A DNA stretch of 64,000 nt from a virus (lineage: Duplodnaviria; Heunggongvirae; Uroviricota; Caudoviricetes): IMG/VR virus record IMGVR_UViG_3300045597_000172, one strand, 5' to 3'. The position numbers were made by a program, and so were the translations under genes. Positions 9,294 through 19,393 of this stretch are shown in pieces (position 1 is the first letter of the stretch; each line of letters starts with the position of its first letter). Below the pieces are notes generated by a model that was given only the letters and a program-made list of their open reading frames with translations, was not told where the DNA came from and searched no databases.

Positions 9294-12170
9294 CTAATGC
9301 TGTAACTTCCACGTGATTTGTGTTTTATACGTTCCAGTGTACGCATTTGCCGGTACATTCATTAAAAATTTAGAATTATCTAAATTGAGCAAATACTCAC
9401 CAGAATTCCCAGCAGGAGCCTGCAAAACCGGAACATCTTGATTCGAATCGATTGCACTTAACTGCGTTAATAAGTTATTCAATTTCTGATCCGGACCAGA
9501 ATACGCAATCGAACCCAACTGCAAACTACCAGCACGTAACTGATGCATTCCGTTGCTAAACGGCGAAGACGATACTAACAACTTCCATCCCGAACCTTTG
9601 GTGTCACCAAATTTTAACGAATCCGCAGACAAGTCCTGTTTCTTAGCTGTTCCAGACAAAACAACTGTTCCAAATGATTTTGAATTATTCTGAATTAAGG
9701 ATCCATTATCGTCATGCGAAACATAATCAGAACTACCAATTTGGCTAACACTCACGGTTTTGCTTGTTTGATTACCAGCATTATCCTCGACTACAAACTT
9801 ATAATTTCCGTTTGTCGCGGCTGTATAACTAGCAGTTGAACCTGAATGCCACGTACCGTCGGGTGTCTGAACCCGTTTAACACCCGCATGATCGTCTGTA
9901 CTTGAAACACTTAACGAAACTGGCTTATGTGTAATTGAATCGGGATTACCACTAACTGACAAACTCGGAGCCGTCTTATCAATATCAACCGTAACCGAAT
10001 TTGTTGACGTATTGCCGGCATTATCTTTGACACCAAACGTATACGTATGTTTGCCTTCTTGATTAGCCGTATAGTCTAAACTGCTGCCATTGACCCATTC
10101 ACCTTGTGGTGATTGCATTTGACTAACGCCGGATCCGCCAGTATCATTTCCGGCTGCATGTAATTTTACGTCTTGGTTAGTAACAGCCGTTGGATTGCCT
10201 GAAATAGTAGTCGTCGGATTTTCCTTATCAATTTTGACCGTAACAGTTTTAGTAGTGGTTTGTCCACGTGAATCTAACACTTTATAAGTATACGTTCCGT
10301 TATCGTTTAATGTATCCGTATAAGAACTCGAATTTATAACTTTTCCACTTGGCAACGTAATTGATTTAACCCCAAAGTCATCGTTATCAACGACATTCAA
10401 ATTAAAATTTGAAAATGAATACGGATAAAGTTTTTGATCATACTCAATATTCATATGCATATTAGCACTCATACTACTGTTATAATCAGCCGGTACATCA
10501 AACGTGGCTTCTTTTGTAACGGTTTTACCGTTTGCAATATCTTTATAATCGGTACTTGACCAAGGCTTTCCACTCGAATCAGCAGTAATCCAACGGTTAA
10601 CAAGGTTGTACTGACCATCTTTAGAAACCATTGCTTTATACGCTAACATTACTTGAACCGGCGGTGGAGAACTTCCCGTTGGCACCCCGCCAGTTAACGT
10701 ATATTTGACATGTAATTTCTTACCAGAATACGTCGTATAATTAGGAAAACTATATAACCACTTATCACGATCACTGTACATACTGCTCGAATAATTTGTC
10801 TGTCCAACATTGTTGTTGGCCAAAACATCAACCGTCACGGGTTTGTTCGACCATCCAGTCGTTGATGGCGTTATTAAGACGGAACTCGGTGGATTAATAT
10901 TAGAAACTGGCACTAATAACTTACGCGTATTCCCAGCTTTGTCAACCGCCGTTACAACATACTGACTAGTATTATTCCATGACGAATTATCATTAAACGT
11001 ATAATCAAACGAAGATGCTGTCGTTTTTTGTCCATTAGGCAAAATCACGTAATCTAAAGCTGATCCGTACGTTTTAACATCAAAATGCAACGAATACGGT
11101 GAATTCTGACGTGACGATAACTTGTCCTCGTTACTAATTGTGATTAACGGTACCGTGGTGTTATTACTACCATCATTTGCCGTTACCGGATAATTCGTAA
11201 CATCCACGTCTGGTTTATCATAATTCACATATTTAGATGTTTTATACGAATAATCGCCTGAATTATCATACTGTTTAAAATCAATGACGTGTTTAGTCAT
11301 CAACATAGCATAACCATTGACTTTGTTAATGACCGTCCACTCAATCGGTGCATCTAAATACTTACCAAACGTTACCGTATCATCAATTTTTAAGTTGGCA
11401 GCCGTTGTATTATTAATTTTCGTATCCGGTTTAATAAAAATGATTGGCGCAACACCCTGATTAGACTTAGCCTGAGCTGAAATCTGCACATTGTTTGGAT
11501 CTGAAGTTATCAAATGATTAGACTCAGAACTTGCCATACCATTATCTGGCATATTCAGCCAATAACTCGACGGATCATTATTAATTTGATTTTTAGCTTT
11601 AGCCTGTGGCGTTAACGTTTTTTGAATCGGTTGATTACGCGCTTCAACATAACGATAAACATCATAAATTGTCGGCAGATAAACCTTATCATTTACGTTT
11701 TGATAATACCAATTATTATGAGAACTAATCGTGTCAGCATATGCAAACGGTAAAACCGCACCGAAACCAGTGTTTGCACTACTTGAGTATGCATAGTTGC
11801 CACCGTCTTTAGCTTGATTGGAATCATAATTAGTCAACAACGCTTTATGTTTAGTTACCGCAATACTATCCTGTTCCGTTTTTGTAAACTGATTTAAAAA
11901 CCCATAATCGCTTTTATAATTAGGAGCCGCTGACGTATATTGCACATTATTACTAGACGCATTGCTATTTAACCACTCCCGTAAATTAGAAGTCGACCAA
12001 TACGTACTACCATAAGCTTTTCTAACCGTACCACCTTGTAAGATCGTATCATCAGCCTTAACCGATGACGTATTATCAATCATTAACGTTGCTCCCCAAC
12101 AAAGACCCGCTAACAAAAAAATAGCACTTCCAAAAATTGAACCTCTAAAATTCCTCATTTTCCGCATCAC
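9294..12170 (-). CDS. Large secreted surface protein with DUF6273-like domain, Ig-like repeats and C-terminal WxL-like domain
   Basis: Signal peptide, WSTSNLREWLNS, repeats of DKTAP..S.SGNP...VKDNAGN, C-terminal VPANAYTGTYKTQITWKL. Confidence 0.75.
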   Translation of the reverse strand: MMRKMRNFRGSIFGSAIFLLAGLCWGATLMIDNTSSVKADDTILQGGTVRKAYGSTYWSTSNLREWLNSNASSNNVQYTSAAPNYKSDYGFLNQFTKTEQDSIAVTKHKALLTNYDSNQAKDGGNYAYSSSANTGFGAVLPFAYADTISSHNNWYYQNVNDKVYLPTIYDVYRYVEARNQPIQKTLTPQAKAKNQINNDPSSYWLNMPDNGMASSESNHLITSDPNNVQISAQAKSNQGVAPIIFIKPDTKINNTTAANLKIDDTVTFGKYLDAPIEWTVINKVNGYAMLMTKHVIDFKQYDNSGDYSYKTSKYVNYDKPDVDVTNYPVTANDGSNNTTVPLITISNEDKLSSRQNSPYSLHFDVKTYGSALDYVILPNGQKTTASSFDYTFNDNSSWNNTSQYVVTAVDKAGNTRKLLVPVSNINPPSSVLITPSTTGWSNKPVTVDVLANNNVGQTNYSSSMYSDRDKWLYSFPNYTTYSGKKLHVKYTLTGGVPTGSSPPPVQVMLAYKAMVSKDGQYNLVNRWITADSSGKPWSSTDYKDIANGKTVTKEATFDVPADYNSSMSANMHMNIEYDQKLYPYSFSNFNLNVVDNDDFGVKSITLPSGKVINSSSYTDTLNDNGTYTYKVLDSRGQTTTKTVTVKIDKENPTTTISGNPTAVTNQDVKLHAAGNDTGGSGVSQMQSPQGEWVNGSSLDYTANQEGKHTYTFGVKDNAGNTSTNSVTVDIDKTAPSLSVSGNPDSITHKPVSLSVSSTDDHAGVKRVQTPDGTWHSGSTASYTAATNGNYKFVVEDNAGNQTSKTVSVSQIGSSDYVSHDDNGSLIQNNSKSFGTVVLSGTAKKQDLSADSLKFGDTKGSGWKLLVSSSPFSNGMHQLRAGSLQLGSIAYSGPDQKLNNLLTQLSAIDSNQDVPVLQAPAGNSGEYLLNLDNSKFLMNVPANAYTGTYKTQITWKLQH

Positions 12171-12324
12171 TTCGTTCCCTTCCCCATTCCAGCAAATATC
12201 CCCACATACAAAGATAGATTAAATATAAGACACGCCATTAAAAAAGACCAGTCGCAAAAAATTAACCAAACAAAAACAGCCATGTTAAACATGACTGTCA
12301 GTAATTGATTATTTAGTTAGTTAT

Positions 12325-12840
12325 TTATTTATCAGCACCGTTAAAAATCAACTGTCCGCGCGATGTATTATCACCGTTAGCAAAACTGCGAGGCGCAACT
12401 TTCTTAAAGTATTCACGTTGCAGCTTAGTTGCATTCTTATTGATTACACGATGTTTAATAATGATCTGGTTGTTTGCCAAACCATTTTTCTGAGTCTTAA
12501 TCGTATATTCATCAATGTGTGGGAATACAATCTGTTTGCCGGTTCCATCCGTAACTTTAATCGCATCGGTTTTAGCCAATTCAGCTTTTGTCGTTGGTTT
12601 ATACTGATACTGTCCAACAGTTTCTAAATGAGTAAAACTCGACATGTTTGCAGGCCAAGCCGTTACATAAATTGATCCCAGCCAGAACAAAAGTGTAATC
12701 CCAACTGCTCCCCAACGTAAACCGCCTTGATTCTCAAATCTTTTATAAACAAAAAGTGCTAAAGAACCAACTGTTAGAATCAACGCGATCATAATCAATA
12801 CAAATCGATGTAGTGCCATCCATAAAATAATACTCAACAT
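12325..12840 (-). CDS. Membrane-anchored protein with small extracellular domain
   Basis: Two N-terminal TM helices. Architecture resembles the ORFs at 15584 and 16218. Confidence 0.7.
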   Translation of the reverse strand: MLSIILWMALHRFVLIMIALILTVGSLALFVYKRFENQGGLRWGAVGITLLFWLGSIYVTAWPANMSSFTHLETVGQYQYKPTTKAELAKTDAIKVTDGTGKQIVFPHIDEYTIKTQKNGLANNQIIIKHRVINKNATKLQREYFKKVAPRSFANGDNTSRGQLIFNGADK

Positions 12841-12889
12841 AAAACATCCCTTTCGGTTTAATTTAATAATGTGATTAATTACTAAATTC

Positions 12890-12920
12890 AGTATATCACT
12901 TGTATTTCAAATTGCAATAC
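12890..12920 (-). promoter_or_regulatory. Shared promoter/operator, copy 3
   Basis: AGTATATCACTTGTATTTCAAATTGCAATAC. Confidence 0.8.
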
Positions 12921-12926
12921 TTGAAA

Positions 12927-13115
12927 TCAAAATAAACAATTACGATACGACTCCTGTATTGGTATTAATCTGCGACTTTCGGTACGACCTTGTGTTTCAT
13001 AATACGGATCATTTTTATAATAGCCGTCATACCAAAGTGCTGGCTCAAGCATGCCATTTTTTAAATCTTTATTCCATTCAACTAATAATTGATGATTACG
13101 TGCCCGTTTACGCAT
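12927..13115 (-). CDS. Small hypothetical protein
   Basis: 62 aa, AAGGAAG SD, extended -10 upstream at 13240-13248. Confidence 0.6.
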   Translation of the reverse strand: MRKRARNHQLLVEWNKDLKNGMLEPALWYDGYYKNDPYYETQGRTESRRLIPIQESYRNCLF

Positions 13116-13379
13116 GGTTTAGTTCACTTCCTTCTTGGATGCCGTTCAGAACAGCCACGAGCCGTTTCTCACGCATTTGGGATTCGTTGCAGTGCTTGTA
13201 TCAAAATATTAAACACCGACTACGCTCCGTAACATCCTGATTATAACAGGAATTTTCAAATTAAAAAACCCCCTTAACGATTTCGTTAAAAGGGACGCAT
13301 AAAACCAACAAAAAATCGTTCTGATATTCAGAACGATTACTCTTCGCCGTACCCACAGCACTTTAATATTTTACGCCTG

Positions 13380-13616
13380 TTACAGCGCCAAGTAAATAAT
13401 ATGTCCCGGATAATAAGACGAAAAATATCCAATGACGAAACCCGCCACAACTAAAACAAACGCAATTATAAATAATAACCGATCAAACCATTGTGGCCAA
13501 ACCCGCGACGCAGCATCTCTTGGATCTGTTACCGCGGCATTATTGAAATATCTTACGTGAATCCAGAACAGCAAACCACCAAACAAAATCATTAATAATC
13601 CAATCCAAAACCACAT
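13380..13616 (-). CDS. Small two-TM membrane protein
   Basis: 78 aa, AAGGGG SD. Confidence 0.7.
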   Translation of the reverse strand: MWFWIGLLMILFGGLLFWIHVRYFNNAAVTDPRDAASRVWPQWFDRLLFIIAFVLVVAGFVIGYFSSYYPGHIIYLAL

Positions 13617-13658
13617 ACCAAACGCCCCTTTTTTTTTAAAATGTCATATCTCGATTAA

Positions 13659-13835
13659 TCACTCCCACCAGCTAACAATCGTATAACACGTGTTCATTAT
13701 AAACGTGAACGTCTGCTCATGAAAAACCGTAAAAAAAACTAATAGTCCGATTGCTATAGCCAGATAGATACTTAACCATATCATCATAACTCTATACGTT
13801 TCTGATTCATCATCGTGAAATTTTTTAGATCGCAT
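13659..13835 (-). CDS. 58-aa membrane protein, short paralog of the upstream gene (not in ORF track)
   Basis: MRSKKFHDDESETYRVMM vs MQPKKFHEHDLETYSFML. AAGGGAG SD. Confidence 0.65.
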   Translation of the reverse strand: MRSKKFHDDESETYRVMMIWLSIYLAIAIGLLVFFTVFHEQTFTFIMNTCYTIVSWWE

Positions 13836-13854
13836 AACAACAACTCCCTTTTTG

Positions 13855-14388
13855 TTACGAATGCAGCAATATCAACTTATCATGATACTCCTTAAAAATT
13901 CGAATCGTTGAAAACACTTCGACTAAAACTAAACATGCCAAGACTGTCGCTAAAATGGAAATTAACGTTGTTGTATCAGTCTTCGGAAATGCAAGAGACA
14001 AGACCAATATAAAAACAAACAGGGTTGATGATAAAACATTTATCCGTAATAAACGTCGTTTGATTAGCTTAAAATATGACAAACTGCAACCATTGACCTG
14101 CTTTAATTTTTGAATTGTATTTAAGTAAGGCTTAATATCTGATGGATGATCAGGAATTGCCATGTTAAAACCTAATTCGTTAATAAAAATTGTGTTCCAA
14201 TAACTATCCATCCGACCAGAAAATTCACAATTAATAACGAGATTCAAAAACCCAAAACCAAAAATTATTAACAAAACAACAACTGACGATTGATTACTTA
14301 AAAATATTCCGGCAATTACAAACAATACCATTTGCAACATGAAGCTATATGTTTCTAAATCATGTTCGTGAAATTTTTTAGGTTGCAT
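13855..14388 (-). CDS. Four-TM membrane protein
   Basis: Hydrophobic ORF, ATG 14388 follows AAAGGAG. Confidence 0.7.
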   Translation of the reverse strand: MQPKKFHEHDLETYSFMLQMVLFVIAGIFLSNQSSVVVLLIIFGFGFLNLVINCEFSGRMDSYWNTIFINELGFNMAIPDHPSDIKPYLNTIQKLKQVNGCSLSYFKLIKRRLLRINVLSSTLFVFILVLSLAFPKTDTTTLISILATVLACLVLVEVFSTIRIFKEYHDKLILLHS

Positions 14389-14393
14389 ACAAA

Positions 14394-15053
14394 TCACTCC
14401 TTTGAATATGCGTAATATTTATCAGAAAGTTTATGTCCAATTCCAAAATACGTATCTGAAACATCTAAATCTAATAATTTATTTTTATCACTGTCTGCAT
14501 GTCCTACAACAAAAATTTCAGGACACGTGTGACCGTCACCTTTACCACCATCATGATATTCACCAATTGTGAGAACTTTACGTGGACAAAATGATGTCCA
14601 AACACCACGATATTTATGCGACGCGTCTTCGTATTTAGCATATTTCTTAAAGATCCCAACTTCAACCGGATCAAACTTATAAATACGTTTCTTTACCTGA
14701 CACAGTACCGGTAAATATCTCGGTGCACTCTTACGTAAATACCCGTCAACATACTCACGATAACCTAGGAAATAATCATCTTCATAAATCGGAACGCCGT
14801 GTACATCCCAAAGACCAGTGTTTTCGTAGTATTGATTGTTGGACAAGCGCCAGATGTGTTTACAATTAACACTTTTGCCAACAACCGTTTTAATTCCCGC
14901 AACCAAATACTTGTCGCCAAAATCATCAAAAATTGTATCACCATAAACATATTTCCCCGTGCCTGCATCGACACCATAATATTTACGATCATAAATACCG
15001 GTTAGACCTAATATCGTACGATTGAGTCTTTCATGTACTTCAGTGTTTACCAT
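14394..15053 (-). CDS. YopX-like phage protein
   Basis: TGLWDVHGVPIYEDD matches the YopX TGLxDxxGxxIYEGD pattern. Confidence 0.6.
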   Translation of the reverse strand: MVNTEVHERLNRTILGLTGIYDRKYYGVDAGTGKYVYGDTIFDDFGDKYLVAGIKTVVGKSVNCKHIWRLSNNQYYENTGLWDVHGVPIYEDDYFLGYREYVDGYLRKSAPRYLPVLCQVKKRIYKFDPVEVGIFKKYAKYEDASHKYRGVWTSFCPRKVLTIGEYHDGGKGDGHTCPEIFVVGHADSDKNKLLDLDVSDTYFGIGHKLSDKYYAYSKE

Positions 15054-15070
15054 AATAAACAGCTCCTCTT

Positions 15071-15325
15071 TTAATCATTTAAAATCTTCCACGAAACAAT
15101 ATAGTCATGCTTACTTGGCGTCAAGACCTGCTCTAAAATGTTTTGCGTAACGCATGACTGCAATAATCCAAGAATAATGCCGATTTGATTTTCGGTTATT
15201 TCAAAACCGGAATCGTCAAGAACGTGAATGATTTCAGATAATAAAAACCGTTGCTTATGCCATAACTGCCATTGATATAAAATACGATAGACGGCACTGC
15301 TCAACTCTAAATTATTCAATCTCAT
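15071..15325 (-). CDS. Hypothetical protein
   Basis: 84 aa, AGGAGA SD, packed in operon. Confidence 0.65.
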   Translation of the reverse strand: MRLNNLELSSAVYRILYQWQLWHKQRFLLSEIIHVLDDSGFEITENQIGIILGLLQSCVTQNILEQVLTPSKHDYIVSWKILND

Positions 15326-15346
15326 CGAAATTCTCCTTTGACAATG

Positions 15347-15553
15347 CTAAAACAGCCACATCAAAACCATTACAAAAATAACAAAGACCATCGTGACAAT
15401 GTTGACGTTACGATTAGACGCCTGAAAAAGTTTCTGGTCATGCTCATCATCCAGCTTTAAATGCCCAATCCAGATACTATTAACAATAATAAAGCCACAT
15501 ACTACGATTGTTGCTAATACTAAAATCAAGACGAAAAACAGTTCTTTTGTCAT
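15347..15553 (-). CDS. Small two-TM membrane protein
   Basis: 68 aa hydrophobic, GGGGG SD. Confidence 0.65.
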   Translation of the reverse strand: MTKELFFVLILVLATIVVCGFIIVNSIWIGHLKLDDEHDQKLFQASNRNVNIVTMVFVIFVMVLMWLF

Positions 15554-15583
15554 GAAAATAAGCCCCCATTTTTTATTTTATAA

Positions 15584-16186
15584 TCAATTATTGTAATGAT
15601 CATGTAAGTAAACATGGACATTGAACGTAGAAGTTTCTTTATATTGTCGGATAGCAGTTTCAACCTTGGTCAATTTGCGTTTTGGAACATAATTCGTATA
15701 GATTAGATATCGTGGGCCATCGGTATACGCAACTTTAACAAACAAAGAATTATCAGTGCTAGTGTCGTTATTAAATTTAATTAGTTTTCCAGTATCACGA
15801 TCACGGAATGACCCTTTTGAATATGGTTCATCCAACAATCCAACGTCAGAAACATACTTATAATTAAACTTAGTGTATTTATCATGACGCACCGTTAAAT
15901 ACGTTGATGCGTTTTTATATTCAGGTAAATGGTTTACTGAAAGTAAACTTAATCCCCATGGCAGAAGACCAAAATATACAACAAGGGTTAAGACTACACC
16001 CAACGTAACAGGCATCGTTTTTGATTCGTTATAACTAAATATTCTGGCATTGAAAACAACTCGTAATACCATAAATAAAATTCCAAAAATGATTCCGCAA
16101 AATACCGTACTGATTAACGCAATTATTAAAGCTACCAAAACAGTATTCGTTCCAAACAAATATTGTAACTGCATCCAACGTAACAT
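15584..16186 (-). CDS. Membrane-anchored protein (paralog of 16218)
   Basis: MLRWMQL start. HLPEYKNASTYLT.R.DKYTKF.Y shared with its neighbour. Confidence 0.75.
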   Translation of the reverse strand: MLRWMQLQYLFGTNTVLVALIIALISTVFCGIIFGILFMVLRVVFNARIFSYNESKTMPVTLGVVLTLVVYFGLLPWGLSLLSVNHLPEYKNASTYLTVRHDKYTKFNYKYVSDVGLLDEPYSKGSFRDRDTGKLIKFNNDTSTDNSLFVKVAYTDGPRYLIYTNYVPKRKLTKVETAIRQYKETSTFNVHVYLHDHYNN

Positions 16187-16217
16187 TTAACCAACCTCTT
16201 TTTATAATTTTTATGAA

Positions 16218-16895
16218 CTAACGTGTCGAAACATACGCAGAAACATAAGACTCGTTATAGTTTTTGTCATTGTAAACAGCTTTTTGAATGTTGTTTAACT
16301 TATGTTTTGCAACATAATGCTTGTAAATTAAATACTTATGTCCGTTCGTATACGAAACATCAAATAACAAACCGTCACTGTCAGAAGAATAATTTAAGAA
16401 TTTAACTTCCGGACGACGGTCATTAGTCGTAACGAATGTCTTAGATTTTCCCGTATCACGATCAACGAACGCCACGCTTGCCTGTGGATTACTGAATAAG
16501 CCATTATCGTGTGTTTTAGGCGTATAATCAAACTTCGTATACTTGTCTTTACGCCAAGTCAAATACGTAGATGCTTGCTTATATTCCTGCAAATTGTGTG
16601 TTGAAATCATATTTGTAACTGGAATATACAAAAGAGCAATCGTAACTAATACTATTAAAGCCATTACCGAAATAGCTAATCCACGCCCTTTTGTTGGCAT
16701 CTTTGTAATATCCATTTCTTCCTTGAGTTCATCACCGATATTTTTAAATTTAGTTGTTTTACTTAATAATGAAAGTACAATAACCGATAAAATTGAAAAA
16801 ATTATTGCGATGCATAAGAGTGCTAAAAACGCTACTAAAAGTAACAAAAACGGATGATCCCCCAATAATATACGTAACTGTATCCAACGTAACAT
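16218..16895 (-). CDS. Membrane-anchored protein (paralog of 15584)
   Basis: MLRWIQL start at ATG 16895. NLQEYKQASTYLTWRKDKYTKFDY. Confidence 0.75.
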   Translation of the reverse strand: MLRWIQLRILLGDHPFLLLLVAFLALLCIAIIFSILSVIVLSLLSKTTKFKNIGDELKEEMDITKMPTKGRGLAISVMALIVLVTIALLYIPVTNMISTHNLQEYKQASTYLTWRKDKYTKFDYTPKTHDNGLFSNPQASVAFVDRDTGKSKTFVTTNDRRPEVKFLNYSSDSDGLLFDVSYTNGHKYLIYKHYVAKHKLNNIQKAVYNDKNYNESYVSAYVSTR

Positions 16896-16911
16896 TCTAA
16901 CCAACGCCTTT

Positions 16912-17208
16912 CTATTTTTGATTTGGATTAATATAATACGTAGTCTTAATATCATTATGATTTTTTGCCCCAACATAAAAATATGGTGCAGAAACTTTCT
17001 TAATGTGCGATTTTTTGGACGTGATCTTATATGAATTTGGCAATTTATGATATGTCAATTCTCCATGATCACGTGTTACATAATGAGTATCCGTTACTTT
17101 AACAATTGGTGTAACCGTCGTTTTCGTACGAGTATTGGTCGAACCAGCCCAAAAAAGCACACCGAGAAATATAAAAAACAAAACGTTTGCGATTAAATTA
17201 ACCGTCAT
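16912..17208 (-). CDS. Small membrane-anchored protein
   Basis: N-terminal TM, 98 aa. Confidence 0.65.
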   Translation of the reverse strand: MTVNLIANVLFFIFLGVLFWAGSTNTRTKTTVTPIVKVTDTHYVTRDHGELTYHKLPNSYKITSKKSHIKKVSAPYFYVGAKNHNDIKTTYYINPNQK

Positions 17209-17223
17209 TATAAAAAGTCCTTT

Positions 17224-17724
17224 CTATTTTTGATCATGATAACCGCCAGTTGAACCAAGTCCGCCGCGATCTTGATTATATAAATTTGAAACTTCTTCAA
17301 AATCAAGTTCCGGCTGTTTCTTAAAAATACGAAATTGTGCTACACGATCGTTGAGATGCAAAACCACATCACGTGTTGCTCGATAAGTTGTGAACCATTC
17401 ATCGTGATCGCCATTAAAACCCTCGTCAATCACACCGCTGCTCGTAAAGATTAAACCAGTTTTAGCAAACAAACTGCCACGTGGTCGTACCAATGCTTCA
17501 CATCCCGCTGGTAACTCAAGTGCAATACCGTGACGGATAAACACATCCTCGCCTGCTTTGATTGCGAATTCTTGCATACTAGAATCATCAAGATTGACAT
17601 ACTGATCACCCAAAACAACGGCTTTTCGATTTTTCAAAACATCAGCAACCCGAATATCAATCCAATCACCAGTTGCACGTAAAGCTTTCAAATCGGAACG
17701 AAATTTCTTAAATCTAAGTTTCAT
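17224..17724 (-). CDS. dut: Trimeric dUTPase
   Basis: Motifs GIALELPAG, PRGS, GVIDEGFNG, DRVAQ, RGGLGSTG. Confidence 0.9.
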   Translation of the reverse strand: MKLRFKKFRSDLKALRATGDWIDIRVADVLKNRKAVVLGDQYVNLDDSSMQEFAIKAGEDVFIRHGIALELPAGCEALVRPRGSLFAKTGLIFTSSGVIDEGFNGDHDEWFTTYRATRDVVLHLNDRVAQFRIFKKQPELDFEEVSNLYNQDRGGLGSTGGYHDQK

Positions 17725-17743
17725 AAGTTATAACCTCTTCTTT

Positions 17744-18349
17744 TTATTTTTTAGAAAACGCGTTAACAAACATTGCAACCGTCAATAAGTATGAATTATA
17801 GTCATACGATTCAAAATTATCGGTGAATTCCGGAATGTTGCGGTCAATATAATCACTGTCAATAAAGAACCCATGCGGTAAAACTTGCGGTACGTTAATT
17901 CTGAGCGAAAAACCAAACACTGGTCTTGAATCATCCCGGATCTTCGAGAAAATCTTTGCATAATACTTATCAATTGCTAACTGCAAATTATGATTTTTCT
18001 CATACAATTCATTGCTCCGTTCAGAAATCTCAGCTAAATCTTTACCCAGTACCGAATCATTATCAATAAACCGAACGTCTTGACTATCTGCTGGTAACAA
18101 ATATTGACTTAATTCCGCTGGGAAATTCGGTACTTTAAAACCAATCTGGTCATTCATGAAAAACAACGAATCAGAATCCTTTAAATCAATGCCATGCGCT
18201 TTTATAACAAAGTGCGTTGGAACAATAACCTCGGTTAGCAATTGTTTGCACGTCTTATTATTCGACATCGTCAATTTAAACAACGGCGAACCGTCTTTTA
18301 ACCGATAAACTGGTGCACTTAAAACCGGAAAATCACCTAATTTTGACAT
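17744..18349 (-). CDS. Hypothetical protein (tandem paralog of 18364)
   Basis: LSAPVYRLK N-terminus and F.DNFE..DY..YL C-terminus shared with its neighbour. Confidence 0.75.
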   Translation of the reverse strand: MSKLGDFPVLSAPVYRLKDGSPLFKLTMSNNKTCKQLLTEVIVPTHFVIKAHGIDLKDSDSLFFMNDQIGFKVPNFPAELSQYLLPADSQDVRFIDNDSVLGKDLAEISERSNELYEKNHNLQLAIDKYYAKIFSKIRDDSRPVFGFSLRINVPQVLPHGFFIDSDYIDRNIPEFTDNFESYDYNSYLLTVAMFVNAFSKK

Positions 18350-18363
18350 GAACTAAACTCCCT

Positions 18364-18945
18364 TTACTTAATTGCTGCGGCAAACGTTTTGAGATAATCC
18401 TCATATTCAATTGGCTCGTAATTGTCTTTAAAATCTTGTGACTTTAAATTGACTACCGGACCACCAATATAATATTCATCGTTAATGAACTCTGGCCGTA
18501 ACACCTCAAACGAGAACATTGAACCACCCATCTGCCGGCGGCCGGTATAAAAACCACGATACATATTTGTCAGCATCTGATCCGAATTACGTAAATCGGT
18601 ATAACACTGATGGTTGTCATCAAAAATCTTTTTAATTGTCTTAAACAATGCACTAGTCTTTTTAAAACCACGAAAACCATGTTTCGGAACTTTTAAGTCT
18701 GAATCTAAGCCATGTGACAAATCACGTGCCATAAATCCAAAATTGGTATCATCATAAAACGTAAAATTGACCGCTTCGTCATGCGAAAGACCGGCGTCTT
18801 CTAATACTTTGTAAATTGGCTTGAAAATATCACGATTGACTTTTTGATAATTACTCTCTACTGATTGATGCAACCGCATCAATTTGGAATCCGGTTTTAA
18901 TTTAAACACTGGTGCTGCTAATGGTTGTGCTGACATATTACTCAC
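18364..18945 (-). CDS. Hypothetical protein (tandem paralog of 17744)
   Basis: LAAPVFKLK...FKDNYEPIEYEDYL. Confidence 0.75.
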   Translation of the reverse strand: MSNMSAQPLAAPVFKLKPDSKLMRLHQSVESNYQKVNRDIFKPIYKVLEDAGLSHDEAVNFTFYDDTNFGFMARDLSHGLDSDLKVPKHGFRGFKKTSALFKTIKKIFDDNHQCYTDLRNSDQMLTNMYRGFYTGRRQMGGSMFSFEVLRPEFINDEYYIGGPVVNLKSQDFKDNYEPIEYEDYLKTFAAAIK

Positions 18946-18960
18946 TCCGTTTCGTTTTAG

Positions 18961-19296
18961 TTATGCGTTTTTGATTAACTCTAACAACTTCTTAACGTTA
19001 GCTGGATCAAATGCATATCGATCCGCTACGATTTTCAAAGCATCGTCAAAATTCATTTTACGTTGATCAATTCTGGCGAACAAGTTACCGTCAAATACTT
19101 TTGCGCTCCTGACATCTTTTAACGGTTTGTCGCCATACAAACGCAACGTACCCTCTTTGATTTCAACTCGGTAGTCTTCCATTGACTCAACATGCAGATA
19201 AATATCACTATAATGCTCCAAACCATGCACGCTTGGGCGATGAAAAGCTGTGTCCAAATCGGACATCAAAATACATCTTTCTTTTTGTTCTGCCAT
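18961..19296 (-). CDS. Hypothetical protein
   Basis: ATG 19296 follows AAGGGGTG. The track start at 19347 would be leaderless. Confidence 0.7.
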   Translation of the reverse strand: MAEQKERCILMSDLDTAFHRPSVHGLEHYSDIYLHVESMEDYRVEIKEGTLRLYGDKPLKDVRSAKVFDGNLFARIDQRKMNFDDALKIVADRYAFDPANVKKLLELIKNA

Positions 19297-19354
19297 GTAA
19301 AACACCCCTTTTTGATAACAATTAATAAATTGGTTAACCCCATTCATTAGTTTT

Positions 19355-19385
19355 AGTATATCACTTGTATATCAAATTGCAATAC
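19355..19385 (-). promoter_or_regulatory. Shared promoter/operator, copy 4
   Basis: AGTATATCACTTGTATATCAAATTGCAATAC, heading the operon that contains dut. Confidence 0.8.
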
Positions 19386-19393
19386 ATAACCAC

